Positions 11,039 through 24,942 are shown, counted from the whole stretch's first letter. The stretch: DNA of 63,828 bases, filler included, from Vicugna vicugna (GCA_013265495.1; 78 parts of 75 records of this genome joined end to end with filler, not necessarily neighbours in it), one strand, 5' to 3'. The notes: a model not told the origin generated them from the letters alone. Made by a program: numbers and translations.

Positions 11039-13317
11039 NNNNNNNNNNNNNNNNNNNNNNNNNNNNNNNNNNNNNNNNNNNNTTAATTAATTAANNNNNN
11101 NNNNNNNNNNNNNNNNNNNNNNNNNNNNNNNNNNNNNNAATGTCTGATAGAAGATGGAGTCATAGCCCCTCCGGGAACAGTGGCGGCCACAAAGCTATCA
11201 GGAGCGGGAGCATCTGTCCAGGCTGCTGAGAGTGGGGCCCTCATGAGGCCAGTAGCCCCCCCAAACTAAGCCCTCAGGACAAAGATCCAGCCATTCCTGC
11301 AGTGTCACAACAGAGCCAGTCCATCCTCATCACTGTGCCCCTGTGCTCCTTTGTCCTGGGGCCTCTCTTCCCCCTACACCCAGAAGACTCNNNNNNNNNN
11401 NNNNNNNNNNNNNNNNNNNNNNNNNNNNNNNNNNNNNNNNNNNNNNNNNNNNNNNNNNNNNNNNNNNNNNNNNNNNNNNNNNNNNNNNNNNNNNNNNNNN
11501 NNNNNNNNNNNNNNNNNNNNNNNNNNNNNNNNNNNNNNNNNNNNNNNNNNNNNNNNNNNNNNNNNNNNNNNNNNNNNNNNNNNNNNNNNNNNNNNNNNNN
11601 NNNNNNNNNNNNNNNNNNNNNNNNNNNNNNNNNNNNNNNNNNNNNNNNNNNNNNNNNNNNNNNNNNNNNNNNNNNNNNNNNNNNNNNNNNNNNNNNNNNN
11701 NNNNNNNNNNNNNNNNNNNNNNNNNNNNNNNNNNNNNNNNNNNNNNNNNNNNNNNNNNNNNNNNNNNNNNNNNNNNNNNNNNNNNNNNNNNNNNNNNNNN
11801 NNNNNNNNNNNNNNNNNNNNNNNNNNNNNNNNNNNNNNNNNNNNNNNNNNNNNNNNNNNNNNNNNNNNNNNNNNNNNNNNNNNNNNNNNNNNNNNNNNNN
11901 NNNNNNNNNNNNNNNNNNNNNNNNNNNNNNNNNNNNNNNNNNNNNNNNNNNNNNNNNNNNNNNNNNNNNNNNNNNNNNNNNNNNNNNNNNNNNNNNNNNN
12001 NNNNNNNNNNNNNNNNNNNNNNNNNNNNNNNNNNNNNNNNNNNNNNNNNNNNNNATCTCGGTTCACCCAGCTCTATTTGTTCTGAGCCTGCAGGCAGCAG
12101 GCTCTCCCAGCACAGATTTCTAAGACTACAAATCAATGCCCAGCATGTTGCCACTGCCAGGCAATCCTCCAGGATTTCTCTAGTGAGCACATTTCCCCAC
12201 TTGCCATACAGTGCTGGCAACATTCTATGCTCTCTGCACACCTCTAAGCTTCCCTCTGTCTCNNNNNNNNNNNNNNNNNNNNNNNNNNNNNNNNNNNNNN
12301 NNNNNNTTAATTAATTAANNNNNNNNNNNNNNNNNNNNNNNNNNNNNNNNNNNNNNNNNNNNGGGAAAGCAGGGCAGCCCTGGCAGGTGGGAAGGCGCTG
12401 GACAGATGTGGAACATGTCCGCCCGGTCCTCAGGTCATGGCCTACTCTCAGGAGGCCGATGCTTTGAGGCCACGGTGTTATGGGGGCTGCCCCGTGTGAG
12501 CGTCTTGATATGTTCCTTATTACCCTCGCGGCCTGGAGCTTTCACATGCTCATGGGTGCACCTCTCATAGTCAACCTGCTCCTGGGTGGTGACGGGGTGC
12601 TGTCAGGTGGCATAGGCGTCAGGTAGAGATGTCTGCCCCTTGTTTCTTGTTGATTTGCTCCCATGTTTCCCGCGTTCTGTTCTGAGGGCAGCCTCTGCTG
12701 CCCTATGTTCGCGGGACCCAAGTTACAAGTCAGTCTGCTCCTTAATTGTGGTCAGTGTGCCGGCTTGATGGCAGCGACAGATATAAATGAGAGCAAATGG
12801 CCGTGCTTGCCCGAGGCATCACAGTGCTTTAGCCGCGGACTCCCGCCCCCGCTGCCCTTGACAGCGCAGCGCCTGCTTTCCGGGGGCAGGCTGACCTGTA
12901 ACCGGAGTTCTGGGAACCTGGAGCAGCAGAGGTGGAGGCCAGGACAGGCCCCGTGGGAGTTTGTAGGAAATCCACAGGCTCGCATAGACAGACTTCCTAA
13001 AGCCGCCTCTGCCCCCACTGCCTGCCCTCCTCGAGTGGGCAGGCTTACCTGGGGATGTGCCTGTGGTAGCAAAGGCCACCCCTCCTCCCCCGACCCTGCC
13101 GCCTGTGAGATGTGGGCAATCAACCCGCTCTCCATGGGCAGCTGCCCTCTCCCGCCGCTGCCCCATGTTTGCAGGACACTTGTTTCCAGGTCAGTGGGCT
13201 CCCGGGAGGCAGGGGCGNNNNNNNNNNNNNNNNNNNNNNNNNNNNNNNNNNNNNNNNNNNNTTAATTAATTAANNNNNNNNNNNNNNNNNNNNNNNNNNN
13301 NNNNNNNNNNNNNNNNN

Positions 13318-14130
13318 GAGGGTTTTCCTAATGTCTCTGTGCCAGGAAAATCTAGGGGGGTTGGCTGGATATCCCAGTAACAGAGGCTGCCTCCCCAAGG
13401 TCATGGAAGGTATTTCTAGGACTTCCCCGAACAGGGAACACCTGTGACTGAAGAGAGCTGCGTGGAGTTGTCTCTCGAGCTCCCCAACGCACTGACATTT
13501 TTTCCGGAATCCTGAGCGTGGGGAGGTTCCACCAACGGTCGGCAGCGCGTGGGTTCCTACGGAAAGCCTAAGCTCGTCTCCCCTGAGGGTTTTCCTAATG
13601 TCTCTGTGCCAGGGAATGCTAGGGGGTTTTGCAGGATATCCCAGTGACAGAGGCTGCCTCCCCAAAGTAAAGGAAGTTATTTCTCGGACTTCCCGGAACA
13701 GGAAACACCAGTGACTGAAGAGAGCTGCGTGGAGTTGTCTCTCGAGCTCCCCAACGCACTGACATTTTTTCCGGAATCCTGAGCGTGGGGAGGTTCCACC
13801 AACGGTCGGCAGCGCGTNNNNNNNNNNNNNNNNNNNNNNNNNNNNNNNNNNNNNNNNNNNNNNNNNNNNNNNNNNNNNNNNNNNNNNNNNNNNNNNNNNN
13901 NNNNNNNNNNNNNNNNNNNNNNNNNNNNNNNNNNNNNNNNNNNNNNNNNNNNNNNNGAAGTTATTTCTCGGACTTCCCTGAACAGGGAACACCTGTGATT
14001 GAAGAGAGCTGCGTGGAGTTGTCTCTCGAGCTCCCCCACGCACTGACAATGGTTCCAGAATCCTGAGCGTGGGGAGGTTATTCCAAGGGTCGGCAGCGCG
14101 TGGGTTCTAATGGAAAGCCTAAGCGCGTCT
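13318..14130. repeat. Satellite family A (267 bp)
   Basis: Tandem copies of the same monomer as 8648-9778. Confidence 0.95.
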
Positions 14131-17100
14131 NNNNNNNNNNNNNNNNNNNNNNNNNNNNNNNNNNNNNNNNNNNNTTAATTAATTAANNNNNNNNNNNNNN
14201 NNNNNNNNNNNNNNNNNNNNNNNNNNNNNNCACATGAGAATGAACACACTTTGTCCCTCCTATCTGATTTGGCATTGGGCTCAGCCCTTTTCCCTTTGGA
14301 ATGGTCCACGCCCAGGTCTCTGATGATGGAGCTGGTCTCACAGCAGCCCTGTGAGCGCTGGTCCAGCCCAAGGGGGTTCCTGCGTGAAGTTTCCCAGGAC
14401 TCCAGGCTGTTCTCAGAGCTAAGTCCCCCCTAGGCTAAGCCCACGGAGAGATCATCTCAGCTCCAGACCGAGCCGGAAGCCTCAGAGAGAACTCAGAGCT
14501 GAGGAAATCCACAGGTTTTACCCAGCACTGCCGAGTCAGCAGTGAGCCAGTTGAGGGAAGTTTCAGCAACAGCAAGACACACCTGAGCAGCCGTGTCATT
14601 TTTCCACCTCATACCTAAACCCTCTGTGTCTGCCTGTCTGTGTCTGTCTCCCTTTCAGGATCAGCCTGGCACCGCTACATGCCCTGCCTCCTTTCTTATA
14701 GTCTTGCCTCCCTGGCCTGTTCCATCTACTCCAGATTAACTGAGAAACATTGAAGAGTTTTTAAAATCCAGGAACAACAGACGTGCTAGATACAAAGAAT
14801 ACAGGGCAGTACCTNNNNNNNNNNNNNNNNNNNNNNNNNNNNNNNNNNNNNNNNNNNNTTAATTAATTAANNNNNNNNNNNNNNNNNNNNNNNNNNNNNN
14901 NNNNNNNNNNNNNNCGGCTGACGGGGGTGTTGGAGACTCACTACCGCAAAATAACGACATGGCAGTCAGTGGTGGAATCAGTTGCAACAGACACAGATTC
15001 AGCTACTTACTGACAAAAAGGGGTAAAATTAAAGGCAGGTGCAGGGAGGCCTGCACGGCTGCTGAGGCAAACCAGAGACCGGGCTCTGAATGCCCACTGG
15101 CTGAAGCAGACAGGAAGCTAACGGTCCTCTTTAGCGGTCCCTGTGTCCACCAGAACCAGGTGAGCCAGCTACTAAGGAGAAGGCCATGTTGTCCTGATAC
15201 TCAGAGAAACCAGCCTCATAAAGGGAACAGAAGAGTGGCATGGATTTTAGACCCGCTCCTGCCCCTCTAAGAATGCAAAGTAAAGTAAATGGCACTGGGA
15301 ATGTGAATTCAAATATAAAACCAAAAACCAAAAAAACAAAAAACAAGTGACTGCTTCCTCCAACAGCATCCCCTGCAGCTGCTCAGCCCCGAGCCCACCA
15401 CTTCCTCACCAGTGACTGCCGGCCAGGCAGCGCCGTGACGCCCATCACACAGCGACAGCCAGGAACCACGTGCCGAGCACGTTTGTGTAAAACACAGAAT
15501 CAAGCAAGGTGCTGCAGATTTTGACTTTCCAAGTTTAAATACTCTATGAAAAAAATCCCTCAGCAGCCCCCTAAATCAATTCGCATCTCACTAATTCAAA
15601 ACAAATAAACAAAATTAGTAAGAGCGCATTTGTCACCAAATATAAGGAGGAACAAACAGGTTCCTCAAAGCAAGGAATTTAACAGATATCAAACTCCATT
15701 GGGCGATGGGCTAACAGAGCAAAAATTCCAAAAAACTAGAAAATNNNNNNNNNNNNNNNNNNNNNNNNNNNNNNNNNNNNNNNNNNNNTTAATTAATTAA
15801 NNNNNNNNNNNNNNNNNNNNNNNNNNNNNNNNNNNNNNNNNNNNAACAATGAAAACTCAAGAAAGGGAAAATCGTGATTGACAGCCAACAGCAAACACGT
15901 GGAGAGCAAAGACCTAGAAATCACAGTTTCTTTAACTCTGCTACTAACTCAATAGGAGAGAAAATTCCTCACTGAGGGGACAGTGGAATCCCATGCATAA
16001 GATACGATACACAGTACAAACTACAGTAGTATCGGGAGTGAATATCTTAGAAGAATCCTGAAGTAACAATGTTGCTGAAAAACTATAAAAACACTGACAG
16101 ACAGATTAAAACACACAGTCATATATATTATATAGAAACATATGAAGTCTGCTCCCATGTTGCATAGAAATACAATTTATGGGCACTGATTACTTTATCC
16201 CATGTAGAATATTTCAACTACAACAAATAATCAATATTACACTCCTCTTGTCAAATCTACTTGATGAGTTACTCTGCTATGTAACCATAATGTGTCTATG
16301 ATAGATCTAAAATTACTGAAAAAGAGCTTTGTATGGTTTCTTGANNNNNNNNNNNNNNNNNNNNNNNNNNNNNNNNNNNNNNNNNNNNTTAATTAATTAA
16401 NNNNNNNNNNNNNNNNNNNNNNNNNNNNNNNNNNNNNNNNNNNNTTTTGTCAACTACTACTCCTCGTGTTTCTACATCACATTCTTTAAAGGCAGATTTG
16501 TGACTTATCCATGAGATCTGGTGTTTTGCCTGTAAAAATACAGAAATGAAGAGGTGTGAATACAGCTTTGTGTTCTGACAGTCTAACCTGTTTCAGGTTT
16601 TCTCTTAGTTGCCCAATGAAGAGTGTCTTTACTCTCTGCTCCTTAGATTCTTTTAGGCATAAAATAATGACTTTATTTCATGTTAGAGCTATCTNNNNNN
16701 NNNNNNNNNNNNNNNNNNNNNNNNNNNGTGACCCAAGGTCTCCTTGAACTGATGATACAGCTGACAATAATCATGGGAGGACAGTCCATCTGGAATAACA
16801 TACAAGAGGTGTTAATTCCGTGAGTACACAGTTATGTGATTTTGGGGGGGTGAGAACGGCCCACCCACCCACGTCATTTTCCTGTGTGCCCATCTCTAGT
16901 ACAGTGGAGACTCTCTGCTTAATAAAGCTCTCCAGATAAGATGATCCAGCCAAGAGTATAAACGTACCTGATGTTTAATAATTATGTTTAAATACCTTCC
17001 TTTTTATGTTTAACATAAATCCTCAAGTTCTATAGTCTCTGCTTTTTAGCCCACCACTGGGGACTGACTGATCAGAGCCCATTGAGAGATGGCCCTTTTT

Positions 17101-17182
17101 GGGGCCATGAGCTTAGTTTTCCCACAATTTCCTGCAAATTTCTCCTCCTTTTATATATGCATTTAAAAATCCATAACAGGAA

Positions 17183-17412
17183 TTTGTTGAGTGCCTAGTA
17201 GGTGCTAGTCACTGTATTAAATGTTGTACATATATGTATGTGTGCTTATGTGTGTGTGTACAAGTTAATCACCCAAACAATCCTTATACTTATCTTCCTT
17301 TTGCAAACGAAGATCCTGTGGCTTAAAGAGGGTAACTGATTTGCCCAAGCTCTCATTGCCAATAAGAGACCACTGTGGGACTCAGATGTAAAACACTATC
17401 TATCTGAATCCA
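17183..17412 (-). mobile_element. MIR SINE fragment
   Basis: TTGAGTGCCTAGTAGGTGCTAG...TTTGCAAACGAAGATCCTGTGGCTTAAAGAGGGTAACTGATTTGCCCAAG, a degraded MIR core. Confidence 0.6.
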
Positions 17413-18051
17413 TGTTCTTCTAAGAAGAGACTCTCTTAGGGTCCTAANNNNNNNNNNNNNNNNNNNNNNNNNNNNNNNNNNNNNNNNNNNNTTAATTAAT
17501 TAANNNNNNNNNNNNNNNNNNNNNNNNNNNNNNNNNNNNNNNNNNNNATTAAGAAGAAAATAATACTTTGTCTCCTGTATCTACCTCCAATATCTGTCTT
17601 GATTGACTAGTCCTTGGGCTATGAAAAGTGCTAGTTTGTGGTGAAGAGTAAAGACCATAATGAAATAGTTAGAAAACCATGAGAGTTTTGCTGTTTCAGG
17701 ACAGTAGATTTTGTTAAAGTCAACATGAATTTTTCATTCACTGAATACAAAAATGCATCCTGTGGCATGTGCTGTTTTCTGTGCTTGTATCCAAGTAAGA
17801 CGAGGAAAGGGGGATAGACAGATTGAGTTTGGAAATTGTTGACAAGCATTTGCCTGGATGTATGTCCAGATACAGTGAAACATAAAGATATGCCAAGGTA
17901 GTCAGATGCCAGATTTATAAAGTAATGACTAAACTAAGTTGAGTTGAGTTTNNNNNNNNNNNNNNNNNNNNNNNNNNNNNNNNNNNNNNNNNNNNTTAAT
18001 TAATTAANNNNNNNNNNNNNNNNNNNNNNNNNNNNNNNNNNNNNNNNNNNN

Positions 18052-18768
18052 ATACTGAATAAAGATTTTAGAATATAAAATGTAGAACACAGAATAGAGA
18101 GCATAGAATACGGAATGCAGAATATAGTATGTAGAATATAGAATAAAGAACACAAATATAGAATACAAAAAAGAGAATATAGAACCCATAATTTAGAACA
18201 TGGAATGCAGAACACAGAATTTAGTATATAGAATACAGAATACTGAACATAAAATATAGAATATAGAATATAGAAAACAGAGTATAGAATATACAATATG
18301 GAATATTGAATATACAATTTAGAATATAGAATGTAGAACACAGAATATAGAATATAGAATACGGAATGCAGAATATAGAATGCAGAACATAGAATGTACA
18401 ATACAGAATATAATAAATGGAAAACAGAATAAAAACCAACAATTGAAAACATGGAATGCACAACACAGAACTAAGAATATAGAATACAGAATACTGAATA
18501 TAGAATTTAGAATATACAATGTAGAACAGAGAATTAAGAATATAGATGAAAAAATACTGAATATAGAATTTAGAAAATAGAATGAAGAACACAAAATAAA
18601 GAAAATACAATAGAGATTATAGAAACCGGAATTTAGAACATGGAATCCAGAACACAGAATTTAGAACATAGATACATAGATTAAAGATTACTGTATATAG
18701 AATTTAGAATACAGAAAGTAGAGCACAGAATATAGAATATAGAATAAGGAATGCAGAATATAGAATAT
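18052..18768. repeat. Satellite family E
   Basis: 7-bp periodicity; CATGGAAT landmarks at 18199, 18450 and 18639. Confidence 0.93.
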
Positions 18769-18868
18769 NNNNNNNNNNNNNNNNNNNNNNNNNNNNNNNN
18801 NNNNNNNNNNNNTTAATTAATTAANNNNNNNNNNNNNNNNNNNNNNNNNNNNNNNNNNNNNNNNNNNN

Positions 18869-19298
18869 GGGTGCTTAGGTTAAAGTAAGAGTAGGTACGC
18901 ACTCCCTAGACAGTGCGGGGCATCTCTGAAGAGGAGGGAGCCTGACGGGGCCATGAGGTGCCGTGTTGCCATTTTTTATGGGCTCCTTAGCTTCATAAGT
19001 TAACTGGTGGGAGGACCATCCTAACTACCCTGGGGAAGAGGTTGGGATTCCTGGGAATTTGGCCACTGCCTACTCTTTGACCTTTTACTATTAGCCTTGG
19101 AGCTGTCTTGGTGCCTGTGGGTATGTTATTCATGTTAAAATATTAGTGAGGATATAATGAAGCTCAAGGTCTACTCGAAGCCAAACCTTCCACTATCTTG
19201 AGCCTCAAGGCCTAATGGGAATTGAACTTACGCCATTTTGGTGTTAATTGCTGTCATTCCTTGAATGGCAGTGCCCTGCCCTCTTCCCTCCTGTCTCA
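18869..19298 (-). mobile_element. ERV1-type LTR, 5' part
   Basis: Minus strand starts TGAGACAGGAGGGAAGAGGGCAGGGCAC at 19298 and has LTR-like composition, including CCCATAAAAAATGG. Family recognised from memory only. Confidence 0.6.
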
Positions 19299-19439
19299 GT
19301 CAGAAGCATGCTCTGTAAGCTTTCCTTTTTTTTTTTTTCCAAATTTATTGGGACTTTTATAGTTCATCAAAATAGTCTGTTTGGCATATGTACCATTTGC
19401 ACTTCAACGTGTATTCTGTATGCAATGTTCTATAAATGT

Positions 19440-19783
19440 TTGTTTAAGGTGTTAATTTTGTTTATATATTTTATATCTTAATGTGTATCTCTTCTAGAGA
19501 GTGTATGTTGGGCTGTTGTTTATTTTATCTAGGGTGAAATTCTCTTTTAATTGGAATGTTGACCCAGTTTATTGATATGCTTGGATTTATGATATGGTTA
19601 GATGTTAAGGTATGTTGTTGTATCATTTGTTTTCCGTTTGTCCCATCTCTGTTTTGTTTTGTTATTACTCTATTCCTCTTTTCCCACTTACTTGTGGGTT
19701 AACCATTATTTTTTTTGAACAATTCTATTTTAATTTATTTTTTTGCCTTTTTTTAAAATTCCATTTTGCATCATTTTGATGGT
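19440..19783 (-). mobile_element. Old L1 fragment
   Basis: T-rich GTGTATCTCTT...CTTTTAATTGGAATGTTGACCC...TGATATGGTTAGAT...TTTGTCCCATCTCTGTTTTG typical of antisense L1M. Confidence 0.5.
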
Positions 19784-19883
19784 NNNNNNNNNNNNNNNNN
19801 NNNNNNNNNNNNNNNNNNNNNNNNNNNTTAATTAATTAANNNNNNNNNNNNNNNNNNNNNNNNNNNNNNNNNNNNNNNNNNNN

Positions 19884-20684
19884 TTCCCTTTAGGGAGAAG
19901 TCCTCTGAGTACTTCCTCAATCGATCAGAGGACACCCACTGCTACTTGTTCTCCAAGCCCAAACCCTAGGTTTCCCTCACATCCCGGACCAGGGAAACAC
20001 TCGTTTTACAAGCTAGGGGATTCTATTAGAACCCAGGCGCTGCTGTCATTTTGAGGAGCCCCCACACTAAGGATATCTGAAATTCTTCGTGTGTGTTCTG
20101 GAGCTGGGAAAGATATTCCACGCATCTTTATGNNNNNNNNNNNNNNNNNNNNNNNNNNNNNNNNNNNNNNNNNNNNNNNNNNNNNNNNNNNNNNNNNNNN
20201 NNNNNNNNNNNNNNNNNNNNNNNNNNNNNNNNNNNNNNNNNNNNNNNNNNNNNNNNNNNNNNNNNNNNNNNNNNNNNNNNNNNNNNNNNNNNNNNNNNNN
20301 NNNNNNNNNNNNNNNNNNNNNNNNNNNNNNNNNNNNNNNNNNNNNNNNNNNNNNNNNNNNNNNNNNNNNNNNNNNNNNNNNNNNNNNNNNNNNNNNNNNN
20401 NNNNNNNNNNNNNNNNNNNNNNNNNNNNNNNNNNNNNNNNNNNNNNNNNNNNNNNNNNNNNNNNNNNNNNNNNNNNNNNNCTTGGTATTAGAGCCGAAAC
20501 CCCACATTGCCCTGCACTCCAGCCTAGGCAAACCATCAGGGAAGGCAAGTTAAGGGATTCAAGTAGAACACAAGCGCTGCTGACAGTTGGAGGAGGAACA
20601 TCCCCACACTCAGGATTCCAGAACCAAACCTTGTGTGGTGGGGAGACGTGGAGCCTCATTCCAAGTAGATGAATGGGGTCACAC
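19884..20684. repeat. Satellite family C
   Basis: AGAACCCAGGCGCTGCTGTCATTTTGAGGAGCC; segments match 60955-61416. Confidence 0.85.
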
Positions 20685-20784
20685 NNNNNNNNNNNNNNNN
20701 NNNNNNNNNNNNNNNNNNNNNNNNNNNNTTAATTAATTAANNNNNNNNNNNNNNNNNNNNNNNNNNNNNNNNNNNNNNNNNNNN

Positions 20785-21739
20785 AAGCCATATCCCTCTC
20801 AGATCTCAGACTATATTGCAAATCAGTAAGCAAAAAGCACAATGCTGGAAAATGAACAAACATCTATATCACTGGAACAGAACACAGAGGTAGAAATAAA
20901 ACATTACACCTATGGTCAACTGAACTACGACAAAGGAAACAAAAATATACAATGCCTAAAGACAGTCTTCAGCAAGTCATGTTGAGAAAGCTAGACAGGT
21001 ACATGTAACTCAATCAAATTAGAACACTCCCTCACACTGTACAAATATAAATTCAAAATGCTTTAAATATCTGAATCTATTACATGACACAATAAAATTC
21101 CTGGAAACTAACATAGGACAAGACATAAAGCGAAATTTTCTTATGCCACACTCCCAAGCTGAAAACAACAAAAGCAAAATAATCAAATAGATCCAAATTA
21201 AACTTCAAACTTCTATAGAGCAAAATAAACAGAATGAAAAGATGAACTTCTGAATGGGGGAAAACATTTGGAAACAATGCAATCAAAAATGGGCAAATTT
21301 CTAAAATACACACATCGTTCATACAACTCCATTTCAAAAATCTACAACAACACAGACAGAAAATGAGCAGAAGACAAGTCTCTCAAGAAGACACACAGAT
21401 GACAAACAGGAACATAAAAACATGCTCACATAACTAATCATTATACAAAGGCAAGATAAAAATAAAATAATGTTTTACCTCACACTACTGAGAAGGGCTG
21501 TCATCCAAATATCTACAAATAATAAATACTCGGGAGGTTGTGGAGAAAAAGGGACTCTCCAACGCTGTTGGTGGGAATGAAAATATCTTTGGAAATAGTA
21601 TGGAAGTTCCTTTAAATACTAAAAATAGACCTATCATATGACACAGCCGTCCCGCTCCTGGGCATAGAAAACATAAAACCTGAAAACAAAGAAACCTTGT
21701 GTAAAATATAAGAAGCATACTCTGACATTGGACTTAATT
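20785..21739 (+). mobile_element. Degenerate L1 ORF2 3' fragment
   Basis: CAGACTATATTGCAAA...GGAACAGAACACAGAG...TATGGTCAAC...GAATGGGGGAAAACATTTGGAAAC...GGTTGTGGAGAAAAAGGGACTCTC...CTGTTGGTGGGAATG; many stops and frameshifts. Confidence 0.85.
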
Positions 21740-21839
21740 NNNNNNNNNNNNNNNNNNNNNNNNNNNNNNNNNNNNNNNNNNNNTTAATTAATTAANNNNN
21801 NNNNNNNNNNNNNNNNNNNNNNNNNNNNNNNNNNNNNNN

Positions 21840-22748
21840 GTTCCGGAATCCTGAGCGTGGGGAGGTTCCACCAAACGTTGGCAGAGCGTGGGTTCCAACC
21901 GGAAGCCTAAGCTCGCCTCCCCTGAGTGTTTTCCTAATGTCGCTGTGCCAGGGAATGCTAGGGGGGTTTGCAGGATATCCCAGTGACAGAGGCTGACTCC
22001 CCAAGTTCAGGGAAGGTATTTCTCGGAATTCCCCGAACAGGGAACACCTGTGACTGAAGAGAGCTTCGTGGAGTTGTCTCTCGTGCTCACCCACGCACTG
22101 AAATTGGTTCCGGAATCCTGAGTGTGGGGAGGTATCAACAACGGTCGTCAGCGCGTGGGGTCTAACAGAATGCCTCGGCTCGTCTCCCCTGAGTGTTTTC
22201 CTAATGTCTCTGTGCCAGGGAATGCTAGAGGGGTTTGCAGGATATCCCAGTGACAGAGGCTGCCTCCCCAAGGTCAGGGAAGTTATTTCTCGGACTTTCC
22301 CGAACAGGGAACACCTGTGACTGAAGAGAGCTGCGTGGAGTTGTCTCTCGAGCTCCCCCACGCACTGACAATGGTTCCGGAATCCTGAGCGTGGGGAGGT
22401 TCGACCAACGGTNNNNNNNNNNNNNNNNNNNNNNNNNNNNNNNNNNNNNNNNNNNNNNNNNNNNNNNNNNNNNNNNNNNNNNNNNNNNNNNNNNNNNNNN
22501 NNNNNNNNNNNNNNNNNNNNNNNNNNNNNNNNNNNNNNNNNNNNNATTTCTCGGACTTCCCCGAACAGGGAACACCTGTGACTGAAGAGAGCTGAGTGGA
22601 GTTGTCTCTCTTGCTCCCCAACACACTGACAATGGTTCCGGAATCCTGAGAGTGGGGAGGTATCAGCAACGGTCGGCAGCGAGTCGGGTCTAACAGAATG
22701 CCTAAGATCGTCTCCCCTGAGGGTTTTCCTATTGTCTCTCTGCCAGGG
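21840..22748. repeat. Satellite family A (267 bp)
   Basis: More than two tandem monomers of the family A sequence. Confidence 0.95.
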
Positions 22749-23279
22749 NNNNNNNNNNNNNNNNNNNNNNNNNNNNNNNNNNNNNNNNNNNNTTAATTAA
22801 TTAANNNNNNNNNNNNNNNNNNNNNNNNNNNNNNNNNNNNNNNNNNNNAGGCCGACTTAACAGTACTGCCTGCCCCTGGAGTCTGAGACGCTTAACATGT
22901 CAGTGTGTAAGAAATTTTGTTAGAGCATCTCTTTAAACTGTAGGGAAGGAAGGTTGTTATGAGCTTGTTCTGATCTTTTTCAGCAAAGCCATTTCAATTT
23001 AGGCAGCAACACCCTCCAGGGGCCAAACAGAGAGCTAAGGAGAAGTTCACAATGTTTGTGACCTTCCCCATCTCCTTATCCTTCCTGCCCTTCTGTGGCT
23101 GAATTCCAAAGCATTATGGTTACATACAGAGGAGAATATATGTTTTGTAGGCCCTGAAACCCATTCAATTGGGCTTTTTAAAACAACACAGAATTGTCAA
23201 TAAAAATTGAATACAAAATAATTTTTAGAACAAGAAATAAAATTACAACAAATTACATTTTTTAATTTCCAGGTTTAAC

Positions 23280-23619
23280 TAGAAGCCAAAAGGAAATAAA
23301 CCAATATTTTTCAACTGTTAAAAGAGAAGGGCCATCAATCCAGAGTGATGTACCTATAAAATTACCCTTTAGGAATAAAGGGGAAATTGAGACATTGTCA
23401 GATGAAGGAAAACTAAGAACATTTGTCACCAGTAGACCTATCCTAATAGGATGTTTAAAGGACATTCTCTAAACAAAAAAAGTGATAAAGGAACAAATCT
23501 TGAAATGACAGGGAAGGAAGAAAGAACATAATTAGCAAAACTATGGATAAATACAGTAGAGTTTTCTCTTCCTCTTGAATTTTCTAAATTATCTTTGATT
23601 GATCAAATCAAATCATAAC
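23280..23619 (+). mobile_element. Old L1 ORF1 3' end / inter-ORF fragment
   Basis: AGGGGAAATTGAGACATTGTCAGATGAAGGAAAACTAAGAACATTTGTCACCAGTAGACCT, the L1 ORF1 C-terminal motif. Confidence 0.75.
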
Positions 23620-23719
23620 NNNNNNNNNNNNNNNNNNNNNNNNNNNNNNNNNNNNNNNNNNNNTTAATTAATTAANNNNNNNNNNNNNNNNNNNNNNNNN
23701 NNNNNNNNNNNNNNNNNNN

Positions 23720-24172
23720 CTATTTTCATTTACTATAAGCATGTTTGTTTGTTTTTGAAGTGTAATTTAATCTATAACTCTGCGTTAGTTTCTCCTACAC
23801 AACATGCTGTTCACTATTTTTAATACATTTCAAACTGTTCTCCAGAATATATCTAGTTATGATATGTTGCTATTTAAAGATATTTCATAGTTATTGACTA
23901 TTCCCCATACAGTATATTTCTTGTCCGTGATTCATTTAATTAATTTGCAACTGGAAAAATTTCTCTCTTAATTTTCCTCAAATTTTTCTTTTCCTTACCC
24001 CATTTCCCTCCTTCTTGTGAACAACCTGTTTCTTTCTATATGTATATCTCATTTTCTATTCTGTTAAGCTTATTTGTTTAAAATTTCAAATGTGAATAAA
24101 ATCATTCAGTAATTGTCATTCCCTTTATGACTTATTTCAGTTAGCATATTACACTCTTGGTCTACCCATTTG
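23720..24172 (-). mobile_element. L1 3' UTR fragment
   Basis: TTGAAGTGTAATT...TTAGTTTC...TTATTGACTATTCCCCATAC...TGTGAATAAAATCAT...GACTTATTTCAGTTAGCAT. Confidence 0.7.
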
Positions 24173-24668
24173 NNNNNNNNNNNNNNNNNNNNNNNNNNNN
24201 NNNNNNNNNNNNNNNNTTAATTAATTAANNNNNNNNNNNNNNNNNNNNNNNNNNNNNNNNNNNNNNNNNNNNGAATGTCAGTGGGTGCCTCTGTCCCCCT
24301 TGAGAGCAGGTTAAGTTTTATCAGTGCCCTGGACCTTCCAAAGCTTCCTGCCCGATGAGCCTGTGGGTGGTGCGAAGCATGGCCAGGAGAGGAGCGCGGT
24401 CACCATGGAGACCTGAGAACTGCCAGTGGGGAGCCTGGACCACTGGGAAGCCGTGGGCAGAGGAAGGCACAGGAGGAGACCCCAGGAGATCGCACTGGAG
24501 GAGAGGTGGGGTGCGCGGGTTCCACGCTCTGGAAGCGCTCAGATTTTCTCAGGTTCTGTGTCGTGCGGGCGTGTGGGGGGAACCTAGTAACTGAGGGTGT
24601 AAGCCTGGGTGTGCTTGAGCTGTGACCGCCACGCGGCAGGCTCCACGGTACAAGAAAGTATTGACACT

Positions 24669-24842
24669 TGTTAAAAATGGTAGGAGAGTTTATTCAAGGC
24701 TAGTGCCAAAAGGGAGAGAGATCGCACTCCACTCCAGATACAGCAAACACAGCTGAGGGTTCTTGGCCACCGGGCAGAGTATGCGGCTCCTCTGTGAATG
24801 GAGAGGTACCAAGAGGAGCTTGGTCAGGTATCCAGCACCAGG
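24669..24842 (-). mobile_element. Possible LTR 3' end
   Basis: TGTTAAAAATGG...TTTATTCAAGG: AATAAA and terminal ...AACA on the minus strand. Confidence 0.35.
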
Positions 24843-24942
24843 NNNNNNNNNNNNNNNNNNNNNNNNNNNNNNNNNNNNNNNNNNNNTTAATTAATTAANN
24901 NNNNNNNNNNNNNNNNNNNNNNNNNNNNNNNNNNNNNNNNNN

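Noticed and set aside
11302..12314. Long ORFs full of X here and at other gaps
   Set aside because: They are open only because N runs contain no stop codons.
12663..13217. GC-rich 200-aa ORF
   Set aside because: No recognisable homology; overlapping ORFs on both strands are expected at this GC content.
18000..18610. Hydrophobic Y/S/I/L/F-rich ORFs resembling membrane proteins
   Set aside because: They are translations of the (TATTCTA)n heptamer satellite.
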